Positions 36,359 to 50,789 of a stretch of 64,000 nt of DNA are shown one piece after another; the stretch's first letter is position 1; every line of letters begins with the position of its first letter. The position numbers were made by a program, and so were the translations under genes. The notes under the pieces are model-generated. The model was not told where the DNA came from, did no database searches, and worked only from the letters and a program-made list of their open reading frames with translations. Origin of the DNA: Eledone cirrhosa (Eukaryota); assembly GCA_964016885.1 (NCBI GenBank), contig OZ024743.1, forward strand, positions 263,314,001-263,378,000, written 5' to 3'.

Positions 36359-36663
36359 ATGGCTGCCCCCTCGTTATCGAGTATGGCCATTGTACGATAT
36401 ACCATTATTAATAATGTTTAATTAATTCTATAGTGCAATGCCTGTGCGTGAAGATTTGTTTTTAAGAGGGAAAGACTGTGCCCTGAGCCAATCCCACTCT
36501 TTGAGCGACAGTAGGTATAACCGGAAAAGAAGAAAAGATCAACATTATCGGTAAGTACTGAGCCGCAGGTTTCATATCGGAATTATCCCAATTTCCTGAG
36601 TTGCCTTCTCCTAGAAGAATGCCCTGACAAAGGCTAGGTGTCCTTCACACCCAGTGTTTTAAC
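36359..36663 (+). mobile_element. Element X, second copy
   Basis: Same 5' (gctgccccctcgttatcgagtatggcc) and 3' (ttaac) limits as 25911-26196. Confidence 0.75.
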
Positions 36664-36792
36664 CGCGCGATTGGGTGTCCAGCCCGTCTATTTCTATATC
36701 CCCGCGCATATTACATACACATGCACCCATGTATATACACATATACATCTTCATACATATGTACATGTTTATATACATATTTACGCACTTTT

Positions 36793-37054
36793 GGATGGCC
36801 GTTGACTCTTATGAGTTCTTCCGTCCTTTGTCAGGTTTTGTTTTTTGTCCTGTAGGGTGTCCAAAATCACCCTCCACACCAAGTAAACATGGTGGGGTTG
36901 CCGGTTTAGTCGCCGACGACCCGACCATGCGACAGGTTGTACTGGGTTACATGTTACCAGTAGCACTCAAGAGTAACCCGACATACATACATACATACAT
37001 ACATACATACATACATACATACATACATACATACATACATACATACATACATAC
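36793..37054 (+). mobile_element. ~190-bp non-coding element Y with (CATA)n tail
   Basis: Second copy at 37367-37555 with the same ends. Confidence 0.75.
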
Positions 37055-37366
37055 ACGCATTCATGATGGCTGTAACGCGATTTAGAGTAACGCAATTGCT
37101 TGATATTTAAGTATGAGCATTGGGGACGCGGCTTTTTATTTCTGTTAGGGACTTGCCTATGGCCTGCAAAGCTATGCATCGCAAAAAGTGTCACATATCA
37201 AGTGATGCTTGTGCTTCAAGCTTTTTAAAGTGAGGAAAGGCTTTGCATGGGGCCAATTCCACTCTCTGAACATCGAATGCACTTACACAAAAAAGAAGGA
37301 CTGGTCTACACCATTGGATGCAAACGAAATCGCAGGTTTTGTATAAAAAAAAAAAAATACTTTATT

Positions 37367-37555
37367 GGATGGCCGTTGACTCTCCTGAGTTCCTTCGGCC
37401 TTTGATGGGTTTTGTTTTTCATGCCACTGGGTGTTCAAAATCAGCCTCCTTGGTGGGGTTGCCGGTTTAGTCGCTGACGAACCAATCATGCACAGGTTGT
37501 ACTGGGTTACATGTTACCAGTAGCGCTGAACAGCGACCTGACATACATACATACA
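37367..37555 (+). mobile_element. Element Y, second copy
   Basis: ggatggccgttgactc...gggttacatgttaccagtagc...gacatacatac. Confidence 0.75.
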
Positions 37556-37655
37556 CACACACACATATATATATATAAATATGTGTGTGTGTGTGTGTCC
37601 CGGGCTCAATCAGGGGTAACCACAGTAAGTAGGGTACTCAATACATAGCAGAATA

Positions 37656-37790
37656 TAAATATTCAATATTGAAATGGTTTCTACAGGACTAGAACTGTTC
37701 ATTCGAAGGTAATAATCAGGAAAGCTTTCCGGATGATTTCCTTCGCATGAAACAGTTCTAGTCCTGTAGAAGACATTTCTATATTAAATA
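37656..37790. mobile_element. Older fold-back hammerhead insertion
   Basis: Imperfect palindrome centred on gaaagctttc; arms read CGGATGA / CTGATTA (consensus CTGATGA)...GAAACAG..CTGTA gaa. Confidence 0.6.
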
Positions 37791-38140
37791 TATATATATA
37801 TTTATTAAATATATATATATTTCCAATTAAAAGATATATATGTATATATATAAAGAGAGAGAAAGAGCCATATATCGTTTGAGAAACTATTTTGTTTTTT
37901 GTACATATATATAAAGTATTTTGTACATATATATAGAGTATTTTGTACATATATATATAAAGCATATAATATTTTAAAGAAAGTGCAGACTTCACATACA
38001 CACATGCATATAAATTAACATCTGTTTGTATACATATGTATATGTTTGATCTACTAACTATATTTTGTAAAAACAATGTATTTTGAAATTATAGCGTATA
38101 TCTCGTCATAACGACATGTTTCCCACATACGCACGTATAT

Positions 38141-38174
<34 letters not shown>

Positions 38175-38183
38175 ATATATATA

Positions 38184-38483
38184 TATAAAGAAAAAGAGAT
38201 GAAATCGAAAATGCAGCTGGAGTCTTATTTAAAAAAAATATATATATATTTATTTGGTTCCTTTACCGGTTTCGCAGTTCTTCTGCTTTTCAAAAGGTGA
38301 GTTGAGATGGAAGGTCTGTGGTTTTTCTCACATCTGTGAGAAAAACCACAGACCCTCCATCTCAACTCACCTTTTGAAAAGCAGAAGAACTGCGAAACCG
38401 GTAAAGGAACCAAATAAATATATATATATTTTTTTAAAATAAGACTCCAGTTGCATTTTCGATTTCATCTTTTTTTCTTTATA
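38184..38483. mobile_element. Fold-back insertion, ~148-bp arms, at (TA)n
   Basis: Near-perfect palindrome centred on ctcacatctgtgag. Confidence 0.85.
38370..38407 (+). ncRNA. Hammerhead variant with U3-A8 covariation; mirror copy at 38260-38297 (-)
   Basis: cctt TTGAAAA gcag-aagaa-ctgc GAAACCGGTA aagg; stems I and II perfect, stem III palindromic (ACCGGT). Confidence 0.75.
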
Positions 38484-38538
38484 CTTTCACTCGTGTAGGA
38501 CACCTCGGTTATTTTTCATTTTGTAAAAAAAACCTCAC

Positions 38539-38580
<42 letters not shown>

Positions 38581-38588
38581 TCACACAC

Positions 38589-38626
<38 letters not shown>

Positions 38627-40522
38627 ACGTATATATATATATATATATTCTTTATACGCACACACAGAAATATATATATATATATATATATATGCATACA
38701 TACACAAGATGTATATTGATATATACAATTGCACACACGCACACTCATATACACCAACACCAACAATGACACACACATATTTTCTCTCGCACCTATATCT
38801 ATATGTATAATGAATGGCAACAATTTCTTTCCTAAATAGTTTGCGTACTGATAATATTCTGATATATGCCGGTACATATAAAAAAATTAATCACTATAAT
38901 GTTTACTTTATTTCAATTTTATATTCCACATGTCAAGCGTTATCTGACAATATTCCGCTTCTCTTTGAGTTTTTTCGTCATTAGATTGAACATGAAATAT
39001 AAACAGAAATCACGTGGTCGACACAGGCTTTTTGTTTTTTATAAAGTTGAAATAGTTCGCCATTTTATTTGTACAGAAATCTAAGTATTTAATGTATGTA
39101 CCTTTATGTGTATGTGTGTATTGGATATGTACAATGTCATATGTATATTAGTGTGTATACTTTAATGTATGATTAATAGTGCATGTATATTACCGAGAGG
39201 ATAAAATACCATTTGTACATTATTGTTATACGTTAATATATACATATTATAGTGTGTGTACTTTAATGTTTATAAAAGAATGTATGTAGAAAAATCTGTG
39301 TACTCTAGTGTGCAAAAGTGTATATATGTGTACCTACGAATGTGTATTTAAATCCGTGTATATATGAAAATGTACTAAATGTGTATATATAAGTATGTGC
39401 AGGAAATATGTATATATATATATATATATATAAGAAAGTGTAGAAAATAAATGTATATAAGATTATGCATGAAATGTGTATATTAGAATGTATACAAAAT
39501 ATGTGTATATAAGAATGTGTCCATTCCATGTATTCTAGTGTGTGTATAATAGCAGTGTACTTTTACGTGTGAAGTTTAGTTCCTGTGGTACAAGCAAGCG
39601 GCTTAATGGTTAGAGTGTTGGTATCATGATTGTAAAATCGGGAGTTCGATTCTCAGGCCATGCAGAGCGATGCATCCTTCAGAAATGTTTCCCATTTTCC
39701 ATTGCTTCATTTCACTCAGCTAAAAATCCTGGGTTGCCGGTGACAAGAAAGTGTTACATCTGCTACACGCTGGTGTCACAGGGAGGATTCTTCTAATCGC
39801 AATAACTTAATGCCTCATGAATCCAGAATAAGCTCCTGCATGATGTGCCTCTTGACTCAGTACCTTTGCATGAACTCTAGTGTCTGTAAAGTAGTCTGCT
39901 GAAGAATAAGTCTAAAAAATAAGTCTATTAAAATGATTTAACATTTAAAATAAATTGAGAACATTTGCCTAATATCAATTTTATACTACGACTCACAATA
40001 ACTAATGACTCCATAAAGTTGAGATGAGACACAAAAAGTGTGCTTCGATATCGAGGGCGATAGTTGTTCACATTGCCACCATAGTATACATCGAGAAAAT
40101 GGTTATGTCAGCTTCTGGCTCACAAATATACTGTCTCCTCTCTGTCTCTTCTGCTAACGCTACAATGGTTTTTGCTCCTCGGAACTTGCTGGATTCATGC
40201 CACTTTCACTCCAGAAATCACGACTCACTCGTTATGTCGACGTCGACGTCGTCGTCGTCGTCGTCCTCCCCCTCCTCCTCCTCCTCCTCCTCCTCCTCCT
40301 CCTCCTCCTCCTCCACAATATTGTGTCTAAACCCCAGGCCATCAATGAACCACCATACACAGGGCTTTCTGTACAGAATGTCGGCGGCCACCTGGAACTC
40401 CCTCTTTGCTCATGTCTTTCTTAGAGAATTTAAACAGAATAGGAAGAGTATTTATCTCTTCACGCTGAGAGGCCCTGTGAAGGTTGTGAGCCCTGCCCTT
40501 TCCTCCAGATTAAGCAAGTAGA

Positions 40523-40688
<166 letters not shown>

Positions 40689-41422
40689 AGAAATGTCAAC
40701 AAGGAAAAACAAAGTGGAAGAGCAATATAATAGAATGATGGTATCTATTAGATTAACGTTTGCTTTTGTAGGAAAAATCCCTTAACGTTTTGAACGGAAG
40801 ATAGAATGAGAGAAAAAAGATGCAATAGAGAAAGAGATGAAAGTAAGAAATGAAACAAAACGGGATATGTTTTCAGGGAAAAAACGTCCAGTTAGTCAGC
40901 CATTTTGGAAGATCGTATTTCAGAACGAGACTGTGTATTAAAGATTTATCGGAGGAGAGATAAGGATAAATGGGTGGAATATGTATGTATAAAGATCATG
41001 ACATGAATGAAAGGCTATTATCTGTGTGTTGAGAGAGCTGACCAGTGTTGGGAGTGACAAAGCTGACTTCTTAAGTGTGTGTGTATAGGTATGTGTCAGA
41101 AAACGAACAATGTGAGCTCTGTCAACCATATCTATACACATACAAACACATAGAGAAGAAGAGGCGTTCCTTGGGTGGTGCAGAGGAAGGACGACAGTGG
41201 CATCTGCATGCAAGTCACAAGTCGCATGTCATAGAAATCGTCCAGGATGCGTAAGGTATACTGCAAGGCATCGCGCACGGCGCGTTGACAGTACAGCTAT
41301 CAACCACAGAACTCTGCTTAGGGAGTCAAGTGTAAGTGAATCGAGATATGAAGGGGAGCCGGAATAAATATATAGGATCTATATGGGAACGCATATGATA
41401 AATGCTCACAACTGCAATAATG

Positions 41423-41454
<32 letters not shown>

Positions 41455-41489
41455 AATTCACACACACGCACACAAACACACACGCACAC

Positions 41490-41584
<95 letters not shown>

Positions 41585-41899
41585 GCGGCATAAATTGTAA
41601 AGACCTGTGGTTGTCTATGCATGCCATTCTTCCCTCTCCGCGCCACCGATGTTGTCCAAGAGAAAGGTAAAGGCTAATACAACTCGGCACCAGTGATCAT
41701 CTTTTTCAAGCTGAGTGAAGTAAAGTAACATGAAATAAATTGTCTTGCTCAAGGGCACAACGCCTTGCTTGGTCCGAAAATCTAACCCTCAACCTCGTAA
41801 CTAGAAGCCCAAGGCTCTAATCACTGAGCCATGCGCCTTCATGTGCTCACATGCACACATACATACACGCACACATACATATGTACGTACGTACGTACA

Positions 41900-42668
41900 T
41901 ACATACACATCAACACATACTACATCCATATCTACACATATCTACACATGCATGCATACATAATCTAGCTAGTTGATGTTGTGTAACTTCCAATGAAAGA
42001 GTCTTGTGTCTATGTTAGAAACCAACTCTCTCTCTATTGGTAAAAAGTTGTGAAATTATAAAATCAGAACATACATACATTAAAAACCCCAATAAAATGC
42101 AGGCATAACAGACCAGATATAATGATATGGGACAGGGAAAAGAAGGCATGCACAGTGGTAGAGGTTAGCAGCTGACCATTGATGCCAATCATATATTAAA
42201 GAATAGCGAAAAGGAGAATATCTATGCAGAACTAATGAGAAATATACAGATACTCCACCCTGACTATACCTTCAAATTTATACCTGTGATTATTGGGGCA
42301 CTGTGGTATGTTAGTAGCTGCCTCATTACAAATCTTGAGAAGCTCGGCTTCACAGAAACAGAAAGAACACGGCTAGTTAGAAAATTACAAGTACAATCCA
42401 TTAATGGAACAGTAAAAATATGTAAAACATCCTAAAAGTTCTGTATCTAATAACTCAATGTGCACATGCACAAAGCATATACACATGCACAGATATAACT
42501 CAAAACAAACGCCTCCACACATACATTAACATCCATACCTGCACACACATGCATGCTTGCATACATGCATACATATTTACCTAGTTGATGTTGTGTAAAT
42601 TCCAATGAGACAGTCTTGTATCTGTGTTAGAAATTGTGAAATTATAAAACCAGAAGAATATACATACA
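41900..42668 (+). mobile_element. Two tandem 5'-truncated Dong family B copies separated by catacatacat
   Basis: 3'-UTR-only copy 41900-42070, then RLE + 3' UTR copy 42080-42660; match to 26871-27455. Confidence 0.85.
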
Positions 42669-42837
42669 TTAATTCATTCATACCTTTGGGGTAAGAGCGA
42701 AAGTATCCGATTGACTTAAGAAACATAGGAAAAATTTGAAAAGTAGTCGTCCTAACATAAATGACTATAACAATATTCGATCACAATAGATGATAGTTAA
42801 GAAAATCAGGAAAAATGTAGACAAAGGGACCTGCAAA

Positions 42838-43080
<243 letters not shown>

Positions 43081-43989
43081 ATAAATAGATATATATATAG
43101 ATATAGTTTGTAGTTGGTGCTTTATTTTATATTTCAGCGATTCTTATATTTTGTTTGCCTGCACTAGAATATTGTTGTTATGTAATTTCCTAGTTAGTGT
43201 AAAAAGGTGATGTATTTTTTTCCTCCGTATAGCCAAAGGATCCTCAATCGAGTAGATAAAACGGATATGGATGTATGTCAAATTTGACAGATTTTCACTT
43301 AGTTTGCAATATATCCATGTTAGCAAGGAAATTTGTATGATACACTGGGGTCTTTTAGTGCTGACTTTTTATATGCATCTTTGACATATTGTTATTCAAT
43401 ACCAAAATTTCCTTCTTTTTTTTTATTTAGCCATAAATTATTAAGTTGGAATTTATAATTAAGTTATCTGGATATAATGTCATGCACTTTTTTTTCAAAT
43501 TCAAATCTTGCTATTAAATATGTTGTCGATTCTAAATTACCGATGCTCAAGTGAATGATTTTTTTTTTGAAATTCTATATTCTCTGCTTCTGTCTATTTT
43601 ATCGTTATTTTCTCATTGAATATGCCTTCATTTAATTTTATACATCTACAAAATTTTCTGTTCAAGTATGTGTTACTGAAGAGAGCTTTCTTAAATGTTT
43701 TCGTTGTTGGGTAACTATATGTTGAAGAGTACTTTGGTACTAGTGTTCTAGGGAGCATTTACTGCCACTAAAGAACACAGGTATATGAGTTCCTTTAAGT
43801 AAACTTTTAAAGATTAAATTTATGTGCCCATCTGGCAACAAAGTGTATATATTCATTATTGAACTTTATGTATGCAAGTCTTCTTGTACAATCATGAATA
43901 TTAGCAGGCCGTTTACGTTTTGGATTCACATCTCTCTGGGGCTAAGCTTGTCTTTCATCATGAATTACATGAGTATATTACGTCCTCAG

Positions 43990-44290
43990 CGCTGAGGGTT
44001 TGGTGCTTCAGACACATCTACCACCTTTCGCAATGCATGGTGATCTTCTACAGCAGCCGTACACTCTACCAAGATCTTTCTGTCAACTCCTTGATGTCGT
44101 TACTCCATTTTTGTTTTTGTCGCTCGCTAGTTTTCCTTCTACCCAGTCCGGAGGATAAAGAGACCGAGGTTCTGGGCTTTGATAACGTGGCTAAAATGTT
44201 GCAATGTTCATCTTCTGACCATCGTCACCAACTTTAATTCTAGGAGGTGAAAATTGAGGGCCATAATATATAGTTCCAATTAAGAACTTG
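43990..44290 (-). pseudogene. RTE-like LINE C-terminal remnant
   Basis: HFSHVIK...KWSNDIKELTERSW resembles the FGHV..RW.DDIKE.T..W end of RTE ORFs. Confidence 0.4.
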
Positions 44291-45136
44291 TGTTGATTGC
44301 TATTTAATGGTCTAATTATTAGTGGAAGGGCAGCACTCATGAATCTTTCAAGATTTTGGAAGAAAGGGAAGAAAATTCCTTCAACAAAACTGCTGACAAT
44401 TAATACTTACAACACAAGACAGTGTGGGGGAATTCAATCAGACAGTACATTAATTCTATTAAGTAAATCGTTCCGCGAAATGTATGACCTTGTGACAATG
44501 GTGGATATAAATATTTGTTATAAACACCACATGTGGAACGCCGTAAAGCAAGCGATAAGTATTAGAGGCCTAAATTTCAAACAAAAATGCTAATTTCCGT
44601 ATCTTAAGATTTGATTTTATAAATTTCTACTTACAATAAATAAAGGGGCACATTGGCAGAGTCGCTAGAACGCCGGATAGAATGCTTTGCAGTATTCATT
44701 CCGTCTCCTTACCGCTTTCTCACTTCTTCGCTTTCCCTTTTTCTCTCTTTCTCTGGGGGAAATCTACTTCAGAGCTGGAGAATGGATGGGCTCCACCAGG
44801 TTTTAAAAATACACATGAAACGCTATATTTCACTACGGCGCCCCTACGACTCCATCAGAGTTCACGGGTTCATACATAAAATTTTATATTTTATACATAT
44901 AGAATGGACTTCCGTCGGTCTCGACGATGAGTATTCCAGTTGTTTGATCAATGAGACAGCCTCCTATTTAATTAGCGCGTAAAAGGCTGCCGTGTGTACC
45001 CTAACCGTAATTCTCTGGGACTTTCAGCCTGAAGCTGTGTGTGGCAAATCCGTTACAGGTACAGTCCACTCGATGGGCTTCCACATAATTTACACCATTC
45101 TAATTTGACTCACAAGCATGTGTCCGAGTTTATGGT

Positions 45137-45300
45137 AAATAACTGTTTCTACTTTTTGGCACAAGGCCAGCAATTACCCAGTGCATTACTGGTACTTTAT
45201 TTTATCGATCCCGGCGGTATTTGAACTCAGAATCGCAAGGGCCGTAACTCTTTGCTGCAAAGCATGGCGTCCGACCCTCTACCGATACTGCCAACCCACT
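45137..45300 (-). mobile_element. tRNA-derived SINE (major family), internal deletion
   Basis: Unit match. Confidence 0.85.
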
Positions 45301-45448
45301 GGTAAATAACACTGGCATAGGATGCTACGCAGTGGGCTAGAACTCGGGACCTAATGATCGTGAAACGAACTTATTTATTGGACCATGCTGATTCATATTG
45401 GTATGCATACATATATATATCAATATGATTTCCATGTACTATTAATCT

Positions 45449-45641
45449 CAGACCTGTCAACACACCCCGTCCAACGGGGCGATCTCTTCGTTTTGACCTA
45501 TTTCTCCTCGTCTCCCAGTTTTTATGAAAATGGGTATAGCTTTCATTATGTAAAGTCTCCCCATTTTGCCTCATTTCTTTCCATTTTGGGGCACTTTTTC
45601 ATGGTACTCCCCATTTGGGTTTTTAGAGGTTGGCAGGCCAG
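45449..45641. mobile_element. Probable hAT-type MITE
   Basis: Imperfect TIRs cagacctgtcaac / gttggcaggccag; no clean TSD. Confidence 0.45.
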
Positions 45642-46422
45642 CTATCTAATTACTATACTCTAAAATACTCTAAAATATTGGAGACAGCTGGTCTCCTAGG
45701 CCCTAGGACCACCTCCCAACTCACCACCATCGGCACGGAGATGGCTACCCGTATGTGTAAGTCCCACGAACGGGAATGACTCTTCCAGCGCGTCTGCCTC
45801 ACATTCCCCATTCTGTCTACCGGGGCCGCGGGGCGACCAGCACGTGGGCCCGCATTTGCTGATAATAGTGAGAGATGGGGAGAGCGGGAAAGACGGAGTC
45901 AGTAACAGTGGGAGTTTGGTTCCATTGTGTTCACACATGATGTATATATATTTTCTTATTTACCACACCACATTGTTATAATAATGGTTGCTATCCAGCA
46001 CTATTTTTTATACTATATAAATACACATAAGTGTGTGTGTGTGACAGCTCACACCTATGCAGGTTTAGCTGGCCTCCTCCAAGATATATCTCGTTGGTGG
46101 TGTCTTGGCTAATTTGTGATAGGGACGCTAGTCCCTATCATCTCATTTCTACAGCTGAGTAAACTGGAGCAACATGAAACAAAGTGTCTTGCACATATAC
46201 ATAAAGGTGTACATGTATATATGCATAATGACACACTTAGATGCAGACCCCCCACACACACACACACCTTGGTTTCTAATACAGGCAAAAAGTTTCTTTA
46301 TCAACAATGACGCAAAAAAACTAAAAAAACTTCATGGCAGAATTGGAACTCAAAACACAAAACAAAACCGGGAGGCATTTTATCTGACGCCGCCCTCTCT
46401 GTATACATTTTAAAATTTATGT

Positions 46423-46562
<140 letters not shown>

Positions 46563-49239
46563 TATGTCTGTTTAGATTTTTTTTTTTAGTGTGTGTGTGC
46601 GTATGTATTTCACTGCGTATGTTTGGTTGCGTGTTTGTTTGGTTGTGTGTGTGCGTGTGTTTGTGCTTGCGCATATATTTTTGTGCTGATAGACCTGTGC
46701 ACATTTAAAACTCCGTATCTTAACTCGCTGTTAATAACAAATCTCTTAGCGCTGCTTACTTAAACACACACACACGCAGACACGCACACTCTCTCTCTCA
46801 CGCACATACACACACACACACACACACTCTCTCTCTCACACACACACATACACAGACCCACACAAACAGAAAACACTCACGCACATACAAACACACACAC
46901 ACATACACACATACAAACAGATACAAACAAACACACATACAAACACACATACAAACACACACACACATACACACAAACGCACTCAAACACACATACAAAC
47001 ACACACACACACAAACACACTCACGCATGCACAAACACACACTCACACACAAACAAACACATATTCACACACATACAAACCCACTTTCATTCATACAAAT
47101 GCACATACACTCAGACACATACATACACACAGGTGCAAGATACTGGTTTTCTTTGTATCTCAGTGACTGATGATAATAGCTGGATAGCAGATACTTGATC
47201 GATTTTAAATCGTTATTTGCAAAGACTACATATAACACGAAGATAAAAACTCTACACCCTACACCATTATAGTAACCAGAAAAAAAGAGCAAAAAAAAAA
47301 ACCAGAAAATAAAATAAGAAGATCTATTAAATGTATTGTAAGAATTTAACCTTTATCTTAAATAGCTACAGCTCGTTTCGACAATACTCTATATACTCTC
47401 GCCATTATTATTCAAGGAATTTATCGAAGCTAGGTTTTATCTTTAAACAACCGATGCTATTGTCATGTAACGTGTTATAAATATACTACACATGACATTT
47501 CTTGCAGTGAAATCGGATTCGATTCTCATGACCTTAGGCAAGAATTTTAGATATTGCATTGTCCGAACAGAGAAAAAAATCAATCCTCTTTCAAGTTTCC
47601 ATTTTCTAAATTCCACCTTACTTGAATTATTTGTCGTTTTATGACAAGATCGATTTCGATTTTTCTATCGCAATGTTATTGGCTTCGAAAACTAGTAAAG
47701 AATACTAATGAACTACAGGATATATACCTGAAGACATATATGTAGCAAGTTCTCTGATCATATTTAGGCTAAAATAAATTGAGTGGTGGAGATGTATGTA
47801 GGGTGGGGCGGAGCGATGTAAATAACGTCTCAACTAAAAAGGCCAAGACTTTGTATCCGTTTCGATCGTTATACTTTGGCCCCTGAAGCAACAAAGGCAG
47901 TGAAACCTTTCAACGTCTGTCCGACAACTTGAAAATTAAATACGGAAAAGGCGTGTAGCTTCTCAGATTTAATCGACATTTGATTTATGTTAATCTACAT
48001 AGAAGGTTCAAATCCTAACTAGATTGAAATAGGTAATAAGTAACGTTGATATAGTATAGAGAGAATTTCAAACTAGAAATCAAGTTTGTTGAGTGATATG
48101 CCCTTTCTTCGGATAATAGTGTATGGCTAGAGGGTCAATTGGTTACTATATACAGCAGATTGAGGGTCTACTCTGAGTTCACTTCACTGGGCCGTCGTGG
48201 TACTGTTGTTATTGTTTAGCTCGAGGTCTGCTCTGGTTGAGTAGGCCTATGATTAGAAGCATTCGGGCAGACCATCTTCTGATTTTGTTTATCTGAAACG
48301 GTACGTTCCAATGCGTCCTTTCTTTTAAGATGGTAAGGTATATTTGAAGGAGGTTTATCTACTATATCTAGCAGGTTGAGCGACCGGCAACTGTTTCCTG
48401 ATCAACTCACTGTTTCTGTTTATTCCAAGTCGATTCAGATCGAGCAGGTCAATTATCAAATGCCTTCTAATCGTGACCATTCCATATTTTCCATGTGCAG
48501 GAAATCCAGGACCATATTAAAGTACGCTGGAACCTTGGTTCATGAACTTAATTCGTTCCTGAAGGTCGTTCGTCACCCCAAATATTCGTATACAGAGAGA
48601 GAGAGAGAGAGGGAGAGAGAGAGGGGGGGGGGAGAGAGAGAAAGGGGCACTGTGTGTGAAAGACAGATAGAGATAGACATCACCATAGAAACTAACACTT
48701 TTATGGGGGCACCACTTTTGGGTCTGAAAAAGGATTAGATAGGGTGTAGGGGAGGTAACTCTTTAGAGAACATAGGAATTTGGTTTTGGTTCTTTGTTCG
48801 TTCCAGTTTTAGTTTAGTCCGAAGTTTAGTCCATTAAGTAGAGGTTGGAATTTGACAATTCTTTTTCTTATATAAATAAATTACTCCCTCTCATTTCTCT
48901 CTCCCCTACCTGACCGCCTTGAATTACCCCCCCCCCGGCATATTAACACTCTAAAAAGGGAAATCATATCAAACCCCAGACTACCATTTGCCTCCATCAT
49001 GGATCAACTAAGCACTCTTTCCATAATAACACATTTTTAACTGCTTACCTCCAAGAACTGTGCCTGTAAATAATATTATTTTTTCTTTCCCATTACCTTA
49101 TCATGTTCCACATTACCCCCCCCCCCCCTTTTTTTTTCTTTTCACTTCAAAAACCTTGTTTGTAAAGAACATTATTCTTTCTTCCCCATTTCCTTAACAT
49201 GTTCAACATCACCAACATTTTACACCAATACAAATTCCC

Positions 49240-49276
49240 CCCTTTGATAATGCATAAAATGCTGAAACCGGTAATA
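49240..49276 (+). ncRNA. Hammerhead variant TTGATAA (U3-A8), weak stem I
   Basis: ccct TTGATAA t-gcat-aaa-atgc-t GAAACCGGTA atag. Confidence 0.55.
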
Positions 49277-49475
49277 GACAATTATTAAATACATAAATAA
49301 ATAAATAAATGCCATTGTTAATTAATAAATAAATTAACTAATACCTTAACACTTCACACAAAGTAAAATATTTTGTTTTAAACATTTTCTAACCCAGAAA
49401 AAAGAGAAAAAAATTAAAGGGAAAAAAAATATTTTTCTTCCAATAATCGTCTTTTTCTCCCCATTTTCATATATA

Positions 49476-50727
49476 TCTAATATATATTTGTGAAATGGGC
49501 GGTGGTTGAAATTCAGATGTGCACGGTTAAATGGTAGTAGCCGTGGTCGGACTGACATGAAAATTTACACACCTATGTAAAAAGTGCCAAGGAAGCAAAT
49601 AGACGAGGTTTCAAATATCTAACTTGAAAAAAGTGGTCCCTGGGGCCCCAAAACTATCGCGTTCGGTGAGTTATTTCCCCCTGTTCTAATACTTTTGTCT
49701 TATTTACAATTTCATCATCCTTCTACATTTAACGATCATACAGTACCGTTTTATGAAATCGATTCTGCAGTACGGTCACTGTTTTCCATCAAAAGAAATA
49801 AAACCCTTGGCGATACTTAGTTTTAGTGTCCTAAATTATCATCATCGACATTCAATTATTAGCTCCACCCACTACACGATACGTCACGAAGGTAAATGTT
49901 TCGAAAAAATTTTAAACTGTATATTGCAACAATATATTGTTTAAAGAAATTTTTTTTCTGTTGTTTAAAACTGTTGCGATATACAGTTTAACATTTTTTC
50001 GAAACATTTACCTTCGTGACGTATCGTGCGTTAAAAAAAAAATGTATTTCGCAGTAATTTTTTTAATGTTAAAAACTGTAAATAAATATTCATGTAAAAA
50101 TGAAGCATAGTGTTTCGGTTAAAAACTTAAAAACTGTAAATAAATATTCATGTAAAAAGGAAGCATAGTTTTCCTGTGAAAAACTGTAAATAAATATTTA
50201 TTTTGTTCAAAAAATAAATCAAAAATCTAATTTTGTCTGTTAATATTTTAATAAATATTTATTCTAAAAATTCAATGTTTTTCCGTGTAAAAATGAAGCA
50301 TGTAAGATAATGAATATGTAAAAATCAAGCAGCAGCAGCAGCTGATGACGCGTCGTGACGTATCGTGTAGTGGGTGGAGCTAATAATTGAATGTCGATGA
50401 TGATAATTTAGGACACTAAAACCAAGTATCGCCAAACCCTTAAATTGCGAAGAAGGGACGCGTGTTTTTATTTTAATTCTAATACATGTTAACCACCACT
50501 AACAGTAAGTAGTATTTTTCAAATTGCATACCATCGACATTGCTATTTCGCTGTTAATAAACAACGCTTTTCACGTCGCTCCACTTCTCATTGTACGCCG
50601 TCCAGCCCCAAGTGCATATTTCTATTTTTTCCCCTGAAACTGCTTCTTTATAATAAACTTTCAATATTTATCAAATTATTAACTTAATAAAAAGTGGCCC
50701 CCGGGTGCAACCGGGCTCAGCTGCTAG
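49476..50727 (+). mobile_element. Non-autonomous Helitron
   Basis: A|TCTAATATATA 5' end; 3' hairpin cccgg-gtgcaa-ccggg then CTAG|T; no TSD. Confidence 0.7.
49809..50433. mobile_element. MITE (Merlin/MULE-like) nested in the Helitron
   Basis: 81-bp TIRs starting GGCGATACT with one mismatch; exact 8-bp TSD aaaccctt at 49801-49808 and 50434-50441; internal tandem repeats at 50071-50200. Confidence 0.82.
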
Positions 50728-50789
50728 TATATATATATATATTCCAACTCGTGTGCTCCTTCTCCACATTTTATTATTATCATTATTAT

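Noticed and set aside
36359-36830. HDV-like ribozyme at the 5' end of X or Y
   Set aside because: Could not fit P1.1/P3/J4-2; no GG after the putative P1
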